The translations under genes and the position numbers were made by a program. From Thermodesulfobacteriota bacterium (GTDB lineage: Bacteria; Desulfobacterota; Desulfarculia; JACQYL01), in contig CAXXLZ010000001.1 in NCBI GenBank assembly GCA_963675595.2, positions 896,001-960,000 on the forward strand: a stretch of 64,000 nucleotides of DNA. Reading direction: 5' to 3'. Each line of letters starts with the position of its first letter. The first letter of the stretch is position 1. Below are positions 32,415 through 42,485 of this stretch, in pieces. A model generated the notes under the pieces. The model did no database searches and was not told the origin of the DNA. It saw only the letters and a list, made by a program, of their open reading frames with translations.

Positions 32415-32438
32415 AGGGATTCACCGAAGTGAATCCCC
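32415..32438 (-). terminator. Stable UUCG-capped hairpin after the TDP enzyme gene
   Basis: Minus strand ggggattcac-ttcg-gtgaatccct; no U-tract, so it may be an mRNA-stabilising stem rather than a terminator. Confidence 0.45.
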
Positions 32439-32446
32439 ATTGCCGG

Positions 32447-34498
32447 TTATTTGAACAGATCGGATTTGGGTTCGTAACCGAATTCTTCTTCGGTCAGCGC
32501 TTCCCAGCTGTCGTAAATGGGCATCGGCGGCAGCTTATCCAATTCGGGGAACCAGCGCTTCAGGGTGGAGCGTCTGGAGTGCTTGCCTCTCAAGGGCAGC
32601 TCGTTCCAGGGCAGATGCGCGTACATGAGGGAGTAGACCGGTCCGATAACCGCTTTGTTGACCAAGTGCTGGTCCATGATGCAGTTCATGATGACCGGGC
32701 CGCTCTTTTCCGCGATTCCGTAGGCGGTCTTCAGGTCTTCTTTGAACTTTTCGGAACGGTTGCACACCATGCCGGTGCCGCCGAACACGTCGCAGAGTTT
32801 GTCGAAGCGGGTGTCGAGCGGACGTTCCTCACCCATCATGGTGACGCCCATCCAGTCGTTGCCGAAGACATCCTGGTCGCCCAGCATATCCCAGTTGGGA
32901 CCGTACCAGGGGTACTTCATACCGGGCATCCAACCGCAGTTGTTGGTGACCAGGTAGACGATGGGGAGTTTGTACATAACGGCCACATGGATATCCAGTG
33001 CGCCGTTCATCATACCGGAGTCGCCCATGAGCGCCAGGAACGGAATCTTGGAACCGTTTTCCAGGTCGCCGATGGCCGCACCGATGGCTTGGCCGACGCC
33101 GTGACCCACACCGGCCTGGTCGTTGGCCGTGATGCAGGAACCGGGCCTGGTGAACTGCAGGTACGGCATAACAAAGTCACTCATGGTGTAACCATCAATG
33201 GCCACACGGACCGCACTGCCGTAAAGTTCCTCGTTCACTTCCCGGATGATCTGGGACATGTAACCGAAGTGCAGGATATCTTTGGATTTGTATCTCGGAT
33301 GATCCGGACCGTACTTGTAGGCCTTGGCCGTACGAGCGGAAGTCGCGTCGGCATTGGACTTCTTGCAGCGTGCCGCCCACTCTTCGCGTTCGGGGCTGAG
33401 CTTGTCGTAGCCGTTCTTCTTGATGCACTCGTTGAGCTGCTTCATGACGACTTTGGTGTTTCCGACAAGAGCGGCCTTGGTGTTCACGTAGGTCCAGACG
33501 TACTCGTTGCAGGGAGCGATCTGGATGGACTGCGGCCAACCGCCCGCATAGCCGTCAAAAAAGCCGACCTTGAGGCCGATGGGAATCATCAGGTCGAACT
33601 CGTTGCGGAATTTGGGGAAGCCGCGGTGGGCCATTTCGTGCTTTTCCGTGACCGCCGCGCGACCGATACGCCGAGTGTTGAAAGGAATCTTCGTCAGATT
33701 GACGAATTCCTCGATTTCCGGACCGGCCTGATCCCAAGTGGCATAGTCGCCCAGAATGATGAAGGGCTTCTTGCACTCGAAAATGGCCTTGGCCGCTTTC
33801 TCGATAGAGGCCGGGTCCGCGCCCATGGTGATGGGGGTCGTGGTTTCTTCCTGACGCCAATTGGGCACGTAGTCGGCATGCTGGGGAAAGAATCCGCCCC
33901 AGTAATGCTCGCGGGCCTCGTCCTTCATGAACAGACAGTCGATGCCCAGCTCGAAGGCCACCGGACCCATGGGGGCGGTGGTGGCGACGCGGAAGCCACG
34001 AGTCATGAACTGCTTGACGGACCAGGGATAGAAGCAGCGCTGGGCCCACTTGGTAATGTGGGTGAAGAACTCGGCGCAGATACTTTCCTGGATCGTGTTG
34101 TAGAGGTGGTCGTGTTCCTGCTCGATACCACCCGCCAGATAGATGATGGGGGAGTTGCTGAGAAAAGCCTGCTGCAAGGGGCTGAAAGCGTTGCCCGTGC
34201 CGGGGCCGACCGTACCAAAGGCCACCGCGGGTTTCTGGGTGACCTGAGTATAGGCTTCCGCAGCATAAACCGCGGTTTGCTCATGGCCGAAGATCACCAG
34301 TTTGATGCCGATACGGGAAATAGCATCCACGAAATGCCAAATGTGACCGCCGGGAACACCCCAGGCAACCGTTACGCCCTGCTCCCGAAGGATTTCGGCC
34401 ACGTACTTACCCACGGACGGGTAGAGCTCACGTTTTCCTAAAGGAACATCTAATTTTTTCTGCGCTTCTTCGTCGAATTCGATTCCAAGCTTCGGCAT
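32447..34498 (-). CDS. Thiamine diphosphate-dependent enzyme (acetolactate synthase / 2-hydroxyacyl-CoA lyase superfamily), 683 aa
   Basis: GVPGGHI, HEQTA (catalytic Glu), GPGTGN, GDSG...NN TDP motif; long C-terminal extension. Confidence 0.9.
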   Translation of the reverse strand: MPKLGIEFDEEAQKKLDVPLGKRELYPSVGKYVAEILREQGVTVAWGVPGGHIWHFVDAISRIGIKLVIFGHEQTAVYAAEAYTQVTQKPAVAFGTVGPGTGNAFSPLQQAFLSNSPIIYLAGGIEQEHDHLYNTIQESICAEFFTHITKWAQRCFYPWSVKQFMTRGFRVATTAPMGPVAFELGIDCLFMKDEAREHYWGGFFPQHADYVPNWRQEETTTPITMGADPASIEKAAKAIFECKKPFIILGDYATWDQAGPEIEEFVNLTKIPFNTRRIGRAAVTEKHEMAHRGFPKFRNEFDLMIPIGLKVGFFDGYAGGWPQSIQIAPCNEYVWTYVNTKAALVGNTKVVMKQLNECIKKNGYDKLSPEREEWAARCKKSNADATSARTAKAYKYGPDHPRYKSKDILHFGYMSQIIREVNEELYGSAVRVAIDGYTMSDFVMPYLQFTRPGSCITANDQAGVGHGVGQAIGAAIGDLENGSKIPFLALMGDSGMMNGALDIHVAVMYKLPIVYLVTNNCGWMPGMKYPWYGPNWDMLGDQDVFGNDWMGVTMMGEERPLDTRFDKLCDVFGGTGMVCNRSEKFKEDLKTAYGIAEKSGPVIMNCIMDQHLVNKAVIGPVYSLMYAHLPWNELPLRGKHSRRSTLKRWFPELDKLPPMPIYDSWEALTEEEFGYEPKSDLFK

Positions 34499-34530
34499 TC
34501 TAGTTTACCTCTCTTTGTTTGATAGTTGTT

Positions 34531-34756
34531 CTCTTCTTGCGCAATGAGGACGAGATTGAGGTTCATGCCAATGATGCTGTTTGAGAATCGACAGTTCATC
34601 CCTATCAGCTTTTCTCTTGCTTGGACACCACCTCCCATTCCTTGCGGCCGTGCTCTTCTTGCGCAATGAGGACGAGATTGAGGTTCATGCCAATGATGCT
34701 ATTCAAGAATCGACCCTTTGCCCCTATGCAGCGATTGCCGTTTCTTACTCACCACC
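34531..34756 (-). repeat. Two-copy direct repeat (period 122 nt; identical 48-nt core at 34531-34578 and 34653-34700) in the TDP enzyme leader
   Basis: ctcttcttgcgcaatgaggacgagattgaggttcatgccaatgatgct occurs twice; similarity continues through agaatcgac, ccctat..cagc and caccacct. Confidence 0.9.
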
Positions 34757-34884
34757 TTTCCTCGCTCGATTGATGGTTCGTATCGGGTCAAGATGTATCT
34801 TTAGGATGAGGAGGGTTTCCACATGGTCGCACCCAACCTGATTCCCTGACGATGGGAGCGATCAACCATGCCGAATTTTCACCG

Positions 34885-34913
34885 AAATTAGGACAAAAGA
34901 ATTTTTGTGTCAA
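34885..34913 (-). promoter_or_regulatory. Sigma70-type promoter for the TDP enzyme gene
   Basis: Minus strand TTGACA-N17-TAATTT. Confidence 0.6.
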
Positions 34914-35452
34914 GAGGTTTTTTCCGAGTGCTGTCCCGATTTTTTTGGTCTTTCTTGAGCGTTGATAGACATGACGCCCCTTTTTTTGAATGCCGATACT
35001 AGGTTCGTGGTTTCAGAAATATGGGTATCGGATAAAAGGGAACAAAAAAGTGCTCGGCTTTGCCGTCACGACTCGGAAACAACGGAAGCCAATCGGAGTA
35101 AGGAATCCTTATCTATCGGTCGTAACATGCTGTTGTCAGAGGCAATCTTTCGCTTCCTCAATATGATGGCCCGCTTTGCTCTTGCACGGAATCGAGGATG
35201 GAAGCAAGACGGTCAACTCGGAAGATCAGGATGTACCCGCAGCGAACTCCGGCCCCTTTATGGGCCCGGCGATCTCATGCCGTGTCCTCTATTATGAGGC
35301 ATCTCCATGATGCCGTTCCAGTGAAAACTCGTTGAAACCGTCGTGATCCATGTTATTCTTTCTCCCAAAATCGATGCCGACCAAATGCCGTTGCGCCGCA
35401 ACGACTCAGCGAAAAGGCGGACTCCAACCCATTCGACAGGGGAGCGGATGAT

Positions 35453-36007
35453 ATGCGACACGATATGGCGGCCGTTCGGGAGCGCAGCCTCCTGCTTGTC
35501 GTCGATGTTCAGGAGGCGATGCGCAAAGCGATTTCGGGGTGGGAGGATACCTTGCACAGGATCAGGCAACTGGTTCGAGCCGCAAGTGTGTTGGACGTTC
35601 CCATTCTGGTGACGGAACATTACAAAAAAGGGCTCGGTGCAACCGTTGCCGAGCTTGCCGGTGAGCTGAAAGGTGTTGCGGTCTTTGAAAAGGAATACTT
35701 CAGCGCCTGTTTGGAGGATGGTTTTCTGGAACAAGTTCGCGGCTACGGGCGCGACCTCATCGTTTTGGCGGGTATGGAGACCCACGTCTGTGTCTTTCAG
35801 ACGGGGCTGGACTTGATTCGCTTCGGATATCGAGTCCATTTGGTGCGCAATGCCGTGGCTTCGCGGTTTGCCGAAGATCGTGAAACCGGAATAGAGGTTT
35901 TCCGGCAAGCCGGCGCGGTGATTTCCTCTGCCGAGACGGTCATCTTTCAATGGATCTGTCGATCCAATACTCCTGAATTCCGAGAAGTCTTACCCATTGT
36001 CAAATGA
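35453..36007 (+). CDS. Isochorismatase-family cysteine hydrolase
   Basis: LLVVDVQE, KEYFSA, GMETHVCVFQT. Confidence 0.88.
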   Translation: MRHDMAAVRERSLLLVVDVQEAMRKAISGWEDTLHRIRQLVRAASVLDVPILVTEHYKKGLGATVAELAGELKGVAVFEKEYFSACLEDGFLEQVRGYGRDLIVLAGMETHVCVFQTGLDLIRFGYRVHLVRNAVASRFAEDRETGIEVFRQAGAVISSAETVIFQWICRSNTPEFREVLPIVK

Positions 36008-36115
36008 AGCCGGTAACCCAATTCGCCGTCTCTATGGCGGACCGGCCGTGCGGCGTCACGGGTCGAGCGGTCCGTTTCCGCTGAGAACGACGCAAAGAAC
36101 GGAAGGATACGGGAT

Positions 36116-37180
36116 ATGGACACGGATGTGTACCGCAGGTTGCAGAAGCACCTTGATCGCTTGCCCATGGGCTTCCCTCAGTCCGAGTCGGGTGTGGAAA
36201 TGGAGATCATCCGGAAACTCTTCAATCCGGAGGAAGCCGAAATCGCTTGCGCCATGGATGTCAGACCCGAATCCCCCATCGCCGTGGCCGAACGTCTCGG
36301 CCGCGATCCGGAAGAGACTCGGGAAAAACTGATGGAAATGTCGCGCAAGGGGCTCATTTTCAGGACCGAACGGGACGGTGAAACCCTCTTCTCCGGTGCG
36401 GCCTTCGTCGTGGGTATTTACGAGTATCAAGTGAAGCGTATGGATAAGGACTTGGCGGAGAAAAAGGACCGTTATCTCAAGGAGGCCTTTTTCAAAGAAT
36501 GGCATCCAAAAGTGGGCGCTTCTTCCTTTTCGCGTGTCATGCCGGTGGGAAAGAGCATCACGCCGGATCTCGGCATCAAGCCCTGGGAAGAAATCCGTTC
36601 CATTGTTGAGGCACAGGAGCGCATTGCGGTGACGGACTGCATTTGCCGGGTCAAAGCCGGGTTGCTGGGTCGTCCCTGTGAGAAACCCATGGAAACCTGT
36701 TTCGCCTTCGGTGCCGGCGCCCGGTTCTATATCGAAAACGGATGGGCTAGAGAAGTGAGCCGTGAGGAGGCCCTCGAGATTATCGACAAATGTGAGGGAG
36801 AAGGTATGGTGCTGAGCCCGTCCAATGCACAAGCACCGGTAGCCATGTGCATCTGCTGTCCCTGTTGTTGCGACGTGCTCCACAGCATCAAACGATTCCC
36901 CAAACCCGCCATGGTCCTGAATTCGGGCTTTTGCAGTGAAATCGATCCCGACAAATGTCTGGCCTGTGAAACCTGTATTGAGCGATGCCCCATGGAGGCG
37001 ATTCAACTTTCGGACGGATCGGCCGTCGTGGACGATGGGCGGTGCATAGGTTGCGGGGTTTGCGTGTCCGCTTGTCCCGAAGAAGCCGTTCAACTGATAA
37101 GGCGGGAAGCCGTTGTCGATCCTCCTCAACGCATCGGGCATTTATTCAAGCAAATGGCGGTGGAAAGAGGAAAAGCCTGA
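36116..37180 (+). CDS. 4Fe-4S ferredoxin-domain protein with N-terminal helical domain
   Basis: CICR, ICCPCCC, CLACETCIERCP, CIGCGVCVSACP. Confidence 0.88.
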   Translation: MDTDVYRRLQKHLDRLPMGFPQSESGVEMEIIRKLFNPEEAEIACAMDVRPESPIAVAERLGRDPEETREKLMEMSRKGLIFRTERDGETLFSGAAFVVGIYEYQVKRMDKDLAEKKDRYLKEAFFKEWHPKVGASSFSRVMPVGKSITPDLGIKPWEEIRSIVEAQERIAVTDCICRVKAGLLGRPCEKPMETCFAFGAGARFYIENGWAREVSREEALEIIDKCEGEGMVLSPSNAQAPVAMCICCPCCCDVLHSIKRFPKPAMVLNSGFCSEIDPDKCLACETCIERCPMEAIQLSDGSAVVDDGRCIGCGVCVSACPEEAVQLIRREAVVDPPQRIGHLFKQMAVERGKA

Positions 37181-37392
37181 CGGAAGACGACGGGCGTGAT
37201 CCGGCGTTGAAGGCGGATCACGCTTTGTTTCGGTCTCCGAGGCGTGCAACTCATGACGACTCGGTCTTCAATATCAGCGTGCCCGGGCCTCATCCTAGTT
37301 GAGCCGCCCGGGCTTTTTTGAATGAGCCGGCGATTGCCGCAAAAGGCCGTTCCCGGGCCGTTGCCGCGGCGAAAGGGAGAGTGGGTGACGGA

Positions 37393-38133
37393 ATGCAGTC
37401 CGAAGGCATTGACAGAGAACGATTCATTCTTCGGAGCGACGGGCTTAATCTTCGGGTTTTCACCGCCAAGCCGGCCGACTTTTCCGGTCGTTTGCCTTCG
37501 GTTCAGATTCATCATGCCGGCGGCGGATACGAGCCGGTGTATGAACATATGGCCGAGCAATTAGCCGAGCTGGGGTTCGTGGGTATCTGCATGATTCACA
37601 GGGGATATCCGGGCTCGGAAGGAAACATGGAGTACGGAAAAGGCGAAGTCACGGATATCGGCCGACTTGCCGAAGAAATGGCCGAACGTACTTACATCGA
37701 TCCCGATGCCATGGGCGTGCTTGGATATTCACGGGGTGCGCACAACGTGCTGTTGGCCGTGGAGCGTTTCGACTATTTTCGTGCGGCGGCCCTTTGGAGC
37801 ACGCCCACGGACATGTTCGACCACGTGGCCGTGAATCCTTGGATATCCGAGATGTTTGGGGGACCTCCGGACGTGGTTCCCGAGGAATACCGATGTCGCT
37901 CGTCCATTTTGTTCGTCGACCGGGTGAATTGCCCCTTGTTGTTGCTGCACGGGGAGGACGACGGGGTCGTGCCCGTGCGCCACACCCTCCGGCTTGCAAA
38001 GGCACTGGACGAACTCGGGAAGCCCTATGAAATGAAGGTGTTTCCCGGGGAAGGGCACATCTGGTCCATGAAAGGCTTCTCGCTGAACTGGCGGTTGTCG
38101 GTGGAGTTCTTCAGACGTCTGTTGGCGAAATGA
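37393..38133 (+). CDS. Alpha/beta hydrolase (S9 peptidase-like)
   Basis: GYSRG nucleophile elbow, HGEDDGVV, GEGH. Confidence 0.85.
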   Translation: MQSEGIDRERFILRSDGLNLRVFTAKPADFSGRLPSVQIHHAGGGYEPVYEHMAEQLAELGFVGICMIHRGYPGSEGNMEYGKGEVTDIGRLAEEMAERTYIDPDAMGVLGYSRGAHNVLLAVERFDYFRAAALWSTPTDMFDHVAVNPWISEMFGGPPDVVPEEYRCRSSILFVDRVNCPLLLLHGEDDGVVPVRHTLRLAKALDELGKPYEMKVFPGEGHIWSMKGFSLNWRLSVEFFRRLLAK

Positions 38134-38209
38134 CGTCCGGGAATCGGGAGACGGGGCGCGACCACTCTTTCCGTGAATCGACGCAGCCCCTTCCCGAACC
38201 GACCCGAAT

Positions 38210-39049
38210 CTAGGTTCGGTCGGCGACCTTTCTGGGACCGGGTCCCGAATAGGTCATCTCGCCGGCGATGGTTTCGGGGGGCATGGGCGCTTTCAACCGT
38301 TCTTTTCTCATAAGGGTTTCGTAGCCGTGCGCCATAAGTCCCAAGCCTCGGGACAGGCATACGAATCCCATGGCGGTTTCGGCGGGAATCCCGCATTCGC
38401 ACAGAATGGCGCCGCCGCCTCCATCCACATTCATTGGAATCGCTTCCTTGGCATAGACCGAAGGCAGCACCCTTTCAAAGGTTCTCGCCCACTGCACGAA
38501 TCGACCCGAGATGATTCCTTCCTCACGCGCCTCTTCCGCCAACTGGAACAACCGGACGACCCTGGGGTCTTCATCGTGTACGGGATGGCCGAATCCCGGC
38601 ACAAAGCCTTTCGCGGCCCGATATTCGTGACAAATTTCTCGGACGATGTCTTCCGGCTCTCGGCCGGTTTCCCGGCCGACTTGGTCGGCGCGGTAGAAAA
38701 GTCGGGTGGCCGCCTCGATGGGACCTCCATGAATCTCTCCGAGCAGATTGATTCCGGATGCGATGACACAGTTCAAAGGGATACCGCAGGTCGCGGCCAT
38801 GATGGAGGTGGCCACCGCGGGCGAATTGGCTCCGTGATCGCAGACGGCGACCAGCAGGGCTTCCAACAGAGTGCTGATCTTTCCGTGGGGAGCCAGTTCC
38901 CCCATGATCATGAGATACGCCATTTCTCCATAGGAGACTCGTCCCATCAAATCTTCGATGGCATAACCTTTAATAAGAAGCTCGTTTTTTCGCACTCGAA
39001 CGATGGACGTATCCCACCATCCCCGTTCCCCACCGGCGTCGTGAGGCAT
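38210..39049 (-). CDS. Citryl-CoA lyase / citrate synthase-like protein
   Basis: DHG, IHGG, PGFGHPVH..DPR, NVDG. Confidence 0.85.
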   Translation of the reverse strand: MPHDAGGERGWWDTSIVRVRKNELLIKGYAIEDLMGRVSYGEMAYLMIMGELAPHGKISTLLEALLVAVCDHGANSPAVATSIMAATCGIPLNCVIASGINLLGEIHGGPIEAATRLFYRADQVGRETGREPEDIVREICHEYRAAKGFVPGFGHPVHDEDPRVVRLFQLAEEAREEGIISGRFVQWARTFERVLPSVYAKEAIPMNVDGGGGAILCECGIPAETAMGFVCLSRGLGLMAHGYETLMRKERLKAPMPPETIAGEMTYSGPGPRKVADRT

Positions 39050-39062
39050 CCGTGAATTCCTT

Positions 39063-39827
39063 TCAACCATCGAATTTCGCTTCTCGTTTCTCGACAAAAG
39101 CACGCGTTCCTTCCCGCATCTCACCTTTCGTCATGGTTTCGATCATGGGTCGGGCCGGCTCTTCGACGTTTCGAACGTAGGGGTCTCGGTCGCATTCCGT
39201 GAGAATCTTCTTGGACAGTCTCATGGCGAACGCGGCGTTGTGAGCGAGTTCTCTGCCCAGGGCATCCGCTCGTTCCCACAACTCTGCTTCCGGGTAAACC
39301 TTTTCCACGAGACCGAACTCGCGAGCCTCAAGCGCACCGACGCGTTCACCCGTGAGGACCAGGTACTTCGCCCGGGCGAGTCCCACGCTTCTCACCAACC
39401 GATCCAAATAGAGGTAGCTCTCCGCAACCCCGAGTTTCGAGGAAGGGATGCCCAGCGAAGCCTCCTCGGAAGCAATGCGGAAATCTGCGCAAAGAGCCAA
39501 CTCCAACCCCGTGCCCAAAGCATAGCCGTGAATCACGGCGACCAGCGGGCAGGGCAGGTCCTCCAACTTGGCGAACACCCGTTCCCGAAGGTCGTGAAAA
39601 CGTTTCAGTCCCGCCTCGTCGAAGGAACTCAGGTCGCGGATGTCCGCTCCCGCACAGAAACAGCCTCCTTCACCCTTCAGAATGACTGCTTTGGCCGAGT
39701 CCCGGCATCGATCGACGGCGGTCTCCAGTTCCCCGAGCAACTCACCGTTGACTGCGTTCTTTTTTTCGGGACGATTCAAAGACAGGAAAACGACGTTTGA
39801 ATCTTCTTGAAACAGCACCAAACTCAT
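39063..39827 (-). CDS. Enoyl-CoA hydratase/isomerase
   Basis: LNRPEKKNA, FCAGADI, GTGLELALCAD. Confidence 0.9.
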   Translation of the reverse strand: MSLVLFQEDSNVVFLSLNRPEKKNAVNGELLGELETAVDRCRDSAKAVILKGEGGCFCAGADIRDLSSFDEAGLKRFHDLRERVFAKLEDLPCPLVAVIHGYALGTGLELALCADFRIASEEASLGIPSSKLGVAESYLYLDRLVRSVGLARAKYLVLTGERVGALEAREFGLVEKVYPEAELWERADALGRELAHNAAFAMRLSKKILTECDRDPYVRNVEEPARPMIETMTKGEMREGTRAFVEKREAKFDG

Positions 39828-39857
39828 GGCGACTCCCCCCAATACGAGCCCTAATTC

Positions 39858-40430
39858 TCAGCGGCCTGCCGCAACGGCTTTCAATTTTTCGGCGCCGGGC
39901 GGCAGGTCGGTATTGTTGATTTCCTTCATGAAGGGCGCGTTTTCCGAGTAACGGATGCAACTATCCTTGATGTCCGGTCGGAACCAGAAGAATATGTGAA
40001 ACATCTGGGCTTCGGTAAGGCCGGGAAACATCTTCGTCAGGTCTTCCTTCCCGATGACGCTCTGGGCCTGCGTCAGATCGTAGCACGCGTCGTGGAAGAG
40101 ATCACGAAGGTGGGTGCACCCATTGGCGGCCCATTCTTTGTCCAGCCTCCGCATAAGACCCGGCACAATGCGTTCGCCGATAAGGAGGTCGAGCGATCGA
40201 TCGGCTTCCTGACAAATGGGGTCGGGAATCCGCACCATCTCGCATTTGATTTCCATGATCTTGAGAGAGGGTTGATTAACGAGCATGTGCAGTCTTAGGT
40301 GATGGGCAATGTCCTCCATTTCCGCGGCGACCCTTAGCTGCTTTCCAGGTGGAATTACAAAAATATCGACATTTTTCTTTCTGTTATAGACTAAGTGGTC
40401 TTCATTCTGAGCTTGTCTAAGTTTTTCCAC
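39858..40430 (-). CDS. DUF2889-like protein
   Basis: D..HH, PDPIC and GCTHLRDL pattern, C-terminal DSC. Confidence 0.65.
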   Translation of the reverse strand: MEKLRQAQNEDHLVYNRKKNVDIFVIPPGKQLRVAAEMEDIAHHLRLHMLVNQPSLKIMEIKCEMVRIPDPICQEADRSLDLLIGERIVPGLMRRLDKEWAANGCTHLRDLFHDACYDLTQAQSVIGKEDLTKMFPGLTEAQMFHIFFWFRPDIKDSCIRYSENAPFMKEINNTDLPPGAEKLKAVAAGR

Positions 40431-40619
40431 CGTGAATCACCCTTTCGCATGTGTTGAACCGGTTGTTTTTAGAGTCCGTTTAAGGAAACCTGCTTCGCCT
40501 GAATAGTTGCCGGAGAGCATTCTTGTCAACCCCAAAGCCCTGATTCACAGTGGTCGGATGATCCGATTCGGAAACCCGACGGAGTCCGCACCGCCCGTGC
40601 GCCCCTCCCGGGGCCCTCT

Positions 40620-42485
40620 CTACCAATCTTCGGTTACCTCATAATCCCGGGCCGGGTTCAAGGCAAGACACAGATATCGGTCGCCTTCACGCAACAAGAT
40701 TCCGTCTTCCACCAAGTGGTCCAGACAAAGTCGGAATCGTTGGTCTCCGGAATAAGCTTTCCCCGTCTTGGCCTTGATCTCCCCGGCCAGAGAATCGAAA
40801 GGTCGGATACCGTCCGTGGCGAGGCAGGCGAGTGCAGGTTCTCCCTCGAGTTCTCGATCGGCGTTTCTCATGAACGGTCGGGTATCACGTAGAACAATCC
40901 GGTCTTGGGAGCGAACCTCGAAAGTGAGCTTTGGAGGATCCTGGGCGCTCCACGAACGCTTCCATGCATCCACCTGCTCGCGAAGCGGTTCTATGTAGGT
41001 GGGAATGTCTTCTTTGCCTCGGAAATCGGATTCGAAAAAGTAGGCCAACTGATCCAGGTCGGCTTGCCCGAACGGATACACGGAACGATAAGCCGGGTGC
41101 GCTCGTATGTTTTCGAGACCCCATTCCGCTCCTTGTTCGAACAGCGGGCTGAACCTCACGAGCAGCATGGGGCTGACTCCCATGGGTGGAAACAAATGAA
41201 GGATGGATGGAACCAATCGGGTCATGCGGTCATAGGCTTCCGGATCTTCGCCGGGAAAGCCGTAAAGCAGATTCCAAGTCGGATAAAGGGAATATTCACC
41301 GCACCATTTGAGGAAGCGGACATTTTGAAGAAGCGTTGTTCCTTTCCTCATATGGCTCAAGATTTCGGTGTCGAGACTTTCGATACCCGGCTGGAGCAGG
41401 GTCACACCCGCAGACTTCAGCAGCTTGATTTGGCTCTTGGTCAGGTTGGCTTTGGCTTCGAGATACAGCTCCTCAAGTCTGCCCCATTCGGCCAATGCGG
41501 GGAATAGGGTCTTGAAATAGCTCATGGTCACCACGGAATCCGTGAGTATGACTTTTCCCGTGCGGTATCGTTCCACGAGGGACTTTATTTCGTCCTCGGC
41601 GCGGCGGGCGCTTTTTGATCTGTAACGCAGCGATTGGCAGTTCAGACCGCAGAAGATGCATTGGGACTTCTTGCCCCACCAGCAACCTCGAGAAAATTCC
41701 AGAGAAATCGGGGCCTGTAGGACCTGATCGGGAGCCCATCGGTTGAGGGCCGCGAAGTAGTCGCTGAAGTCGGGGTAGGGCAGCCCGTCCATGTCCGGCG
41801 ATTCCCCCATCCCCTGGTCGACGATCCGGCCCTCTCTGCGGTGACGGACTCCGGGGATGCCCTCGGGGGATTCTCCTTTTTGCCACTTGGCCACTGCTTG
41901 AGGGAACGCCAGATCTCCTTCGCCGGTGAAGACCCAATCGACAAAAGGGAAGAGCCTCAGCAAGGCTTTTCCCATCTCCCCCTGACAGTTGGCTCCTCCG
42001 AAAGCAATGATCTTGTCCGGCCAACGTTCCTTGATTCGGCGGGCGAGCGCCAGGGATGCGATACTTTGGCTGAAAACCGAAGTGAAACCGATGATGCCGT
42101 AATCAGCCCAGGGAAGTCCTTCAAGGCATTGGTCGATAAAGGACCGGGCCAGAGGGCCGAGAGCTTCTATTCGATTCAGGAGGACTTCACCTTGCCGCCC
42201 CTCGGGAAGAAGAGGCGCTTGGATCCTGTGGAGATTCGCTCGTTCGGAACACGCCCACTCCTTTCCATACAGCATCTCGCCGAACACCCATTCGCCCGTG
42301 ACCAGCAGATCGGCAACGGCCTCATAGATATCCGGGCGGCCCATATGAGCCTGAAAGGCGACATTCAAGTAGCCGACGTCACAAGGCATGCCGGTGCTTT
42401 CCAGCGCCGGCTTCAACACGCTCAGAGCTGCGGAGGGATAGCGGGTGCTGGCGAAGGGCATATTCAGAAGGAACACTTTTTTCAT
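40620..42485 (-). CDS. B12-binding radical SAM C-methyltransferase (RiPP maturation rSAM, TIGR03975-like)
   Basis: LNMPF, GFTSVF.Q, GGANC, SRGCWWGKKSQCIFCGLN (Cx7CxxC), QPGIES, WNLLYGFPGE, RFSP. Confidence 0.88.
   Translation of the reverse strand: MKKVFLLNMPFASTRYPSAALSVLKPALESTGMPCDVGYLNVAFQAHMGRPDIYEAVADLLVTGEWVFGEMLYGKEWACSERANLHRIQAPLLPEGRQGEVLLNRIEALGPLARSFIDQCLEGLPWADYGIIGFTSVFSQSIASLALARRIKERWPDKIIAFGGANCQGEMGKALLRLFPFVDWVFTGEGDLAFPQAVAKWQKGESPEGIPGVRHRREGRIVDQGMGESPDMDGLPYPDFSDYFAALNRWAPDQVLQAPISLEFSRGCWWGKKSQCIFCGLNCQSLRYRSKSARRAEDEIKSLVERYRTGKVILTDSVVTMSYFKTLFPALAEWGRLEELYLEAKANLTKSQIKLLKSAGVTLLQPGIESLDTEILSHMRKGTTLLQNVRFLKWCGEYSLYPTWNLLYGFPGEDPEAYDRMTRLVPSILHLFPPMGVSPMLLVRFSPLFEQGAEWGLENIRAHPAYRSVYPFGQADLDQLAYFFESDFRGKEDIPTYIEPLREQVDAWKRSWSAQDPPKLTFEVRSQDRIVLRDTRPFMRNADRELEGEPALACLATDGIRPFDSLAGEIKAKTGKAYSGDQRFRLCLDHLVEDGILLREGDRYLCLALNPARDYEVTEDW

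Noticed and set aside
34531-34700. Mini-CRISPR or ANTAR interpretation of the two-copy repeat
   Set aside because: Only two copies, with similarity extending into the would-be spacer; the ANTAR-like CAATG loops are on the non-transcribed strand and their stems do not close.
34499-34880. TPP riboswitch upstream of the TDP enzyme
   Set aside because: Lacks the CTGAGA and GAACCTGA...GCGNAGG core; only an isolated GAACCT is present.
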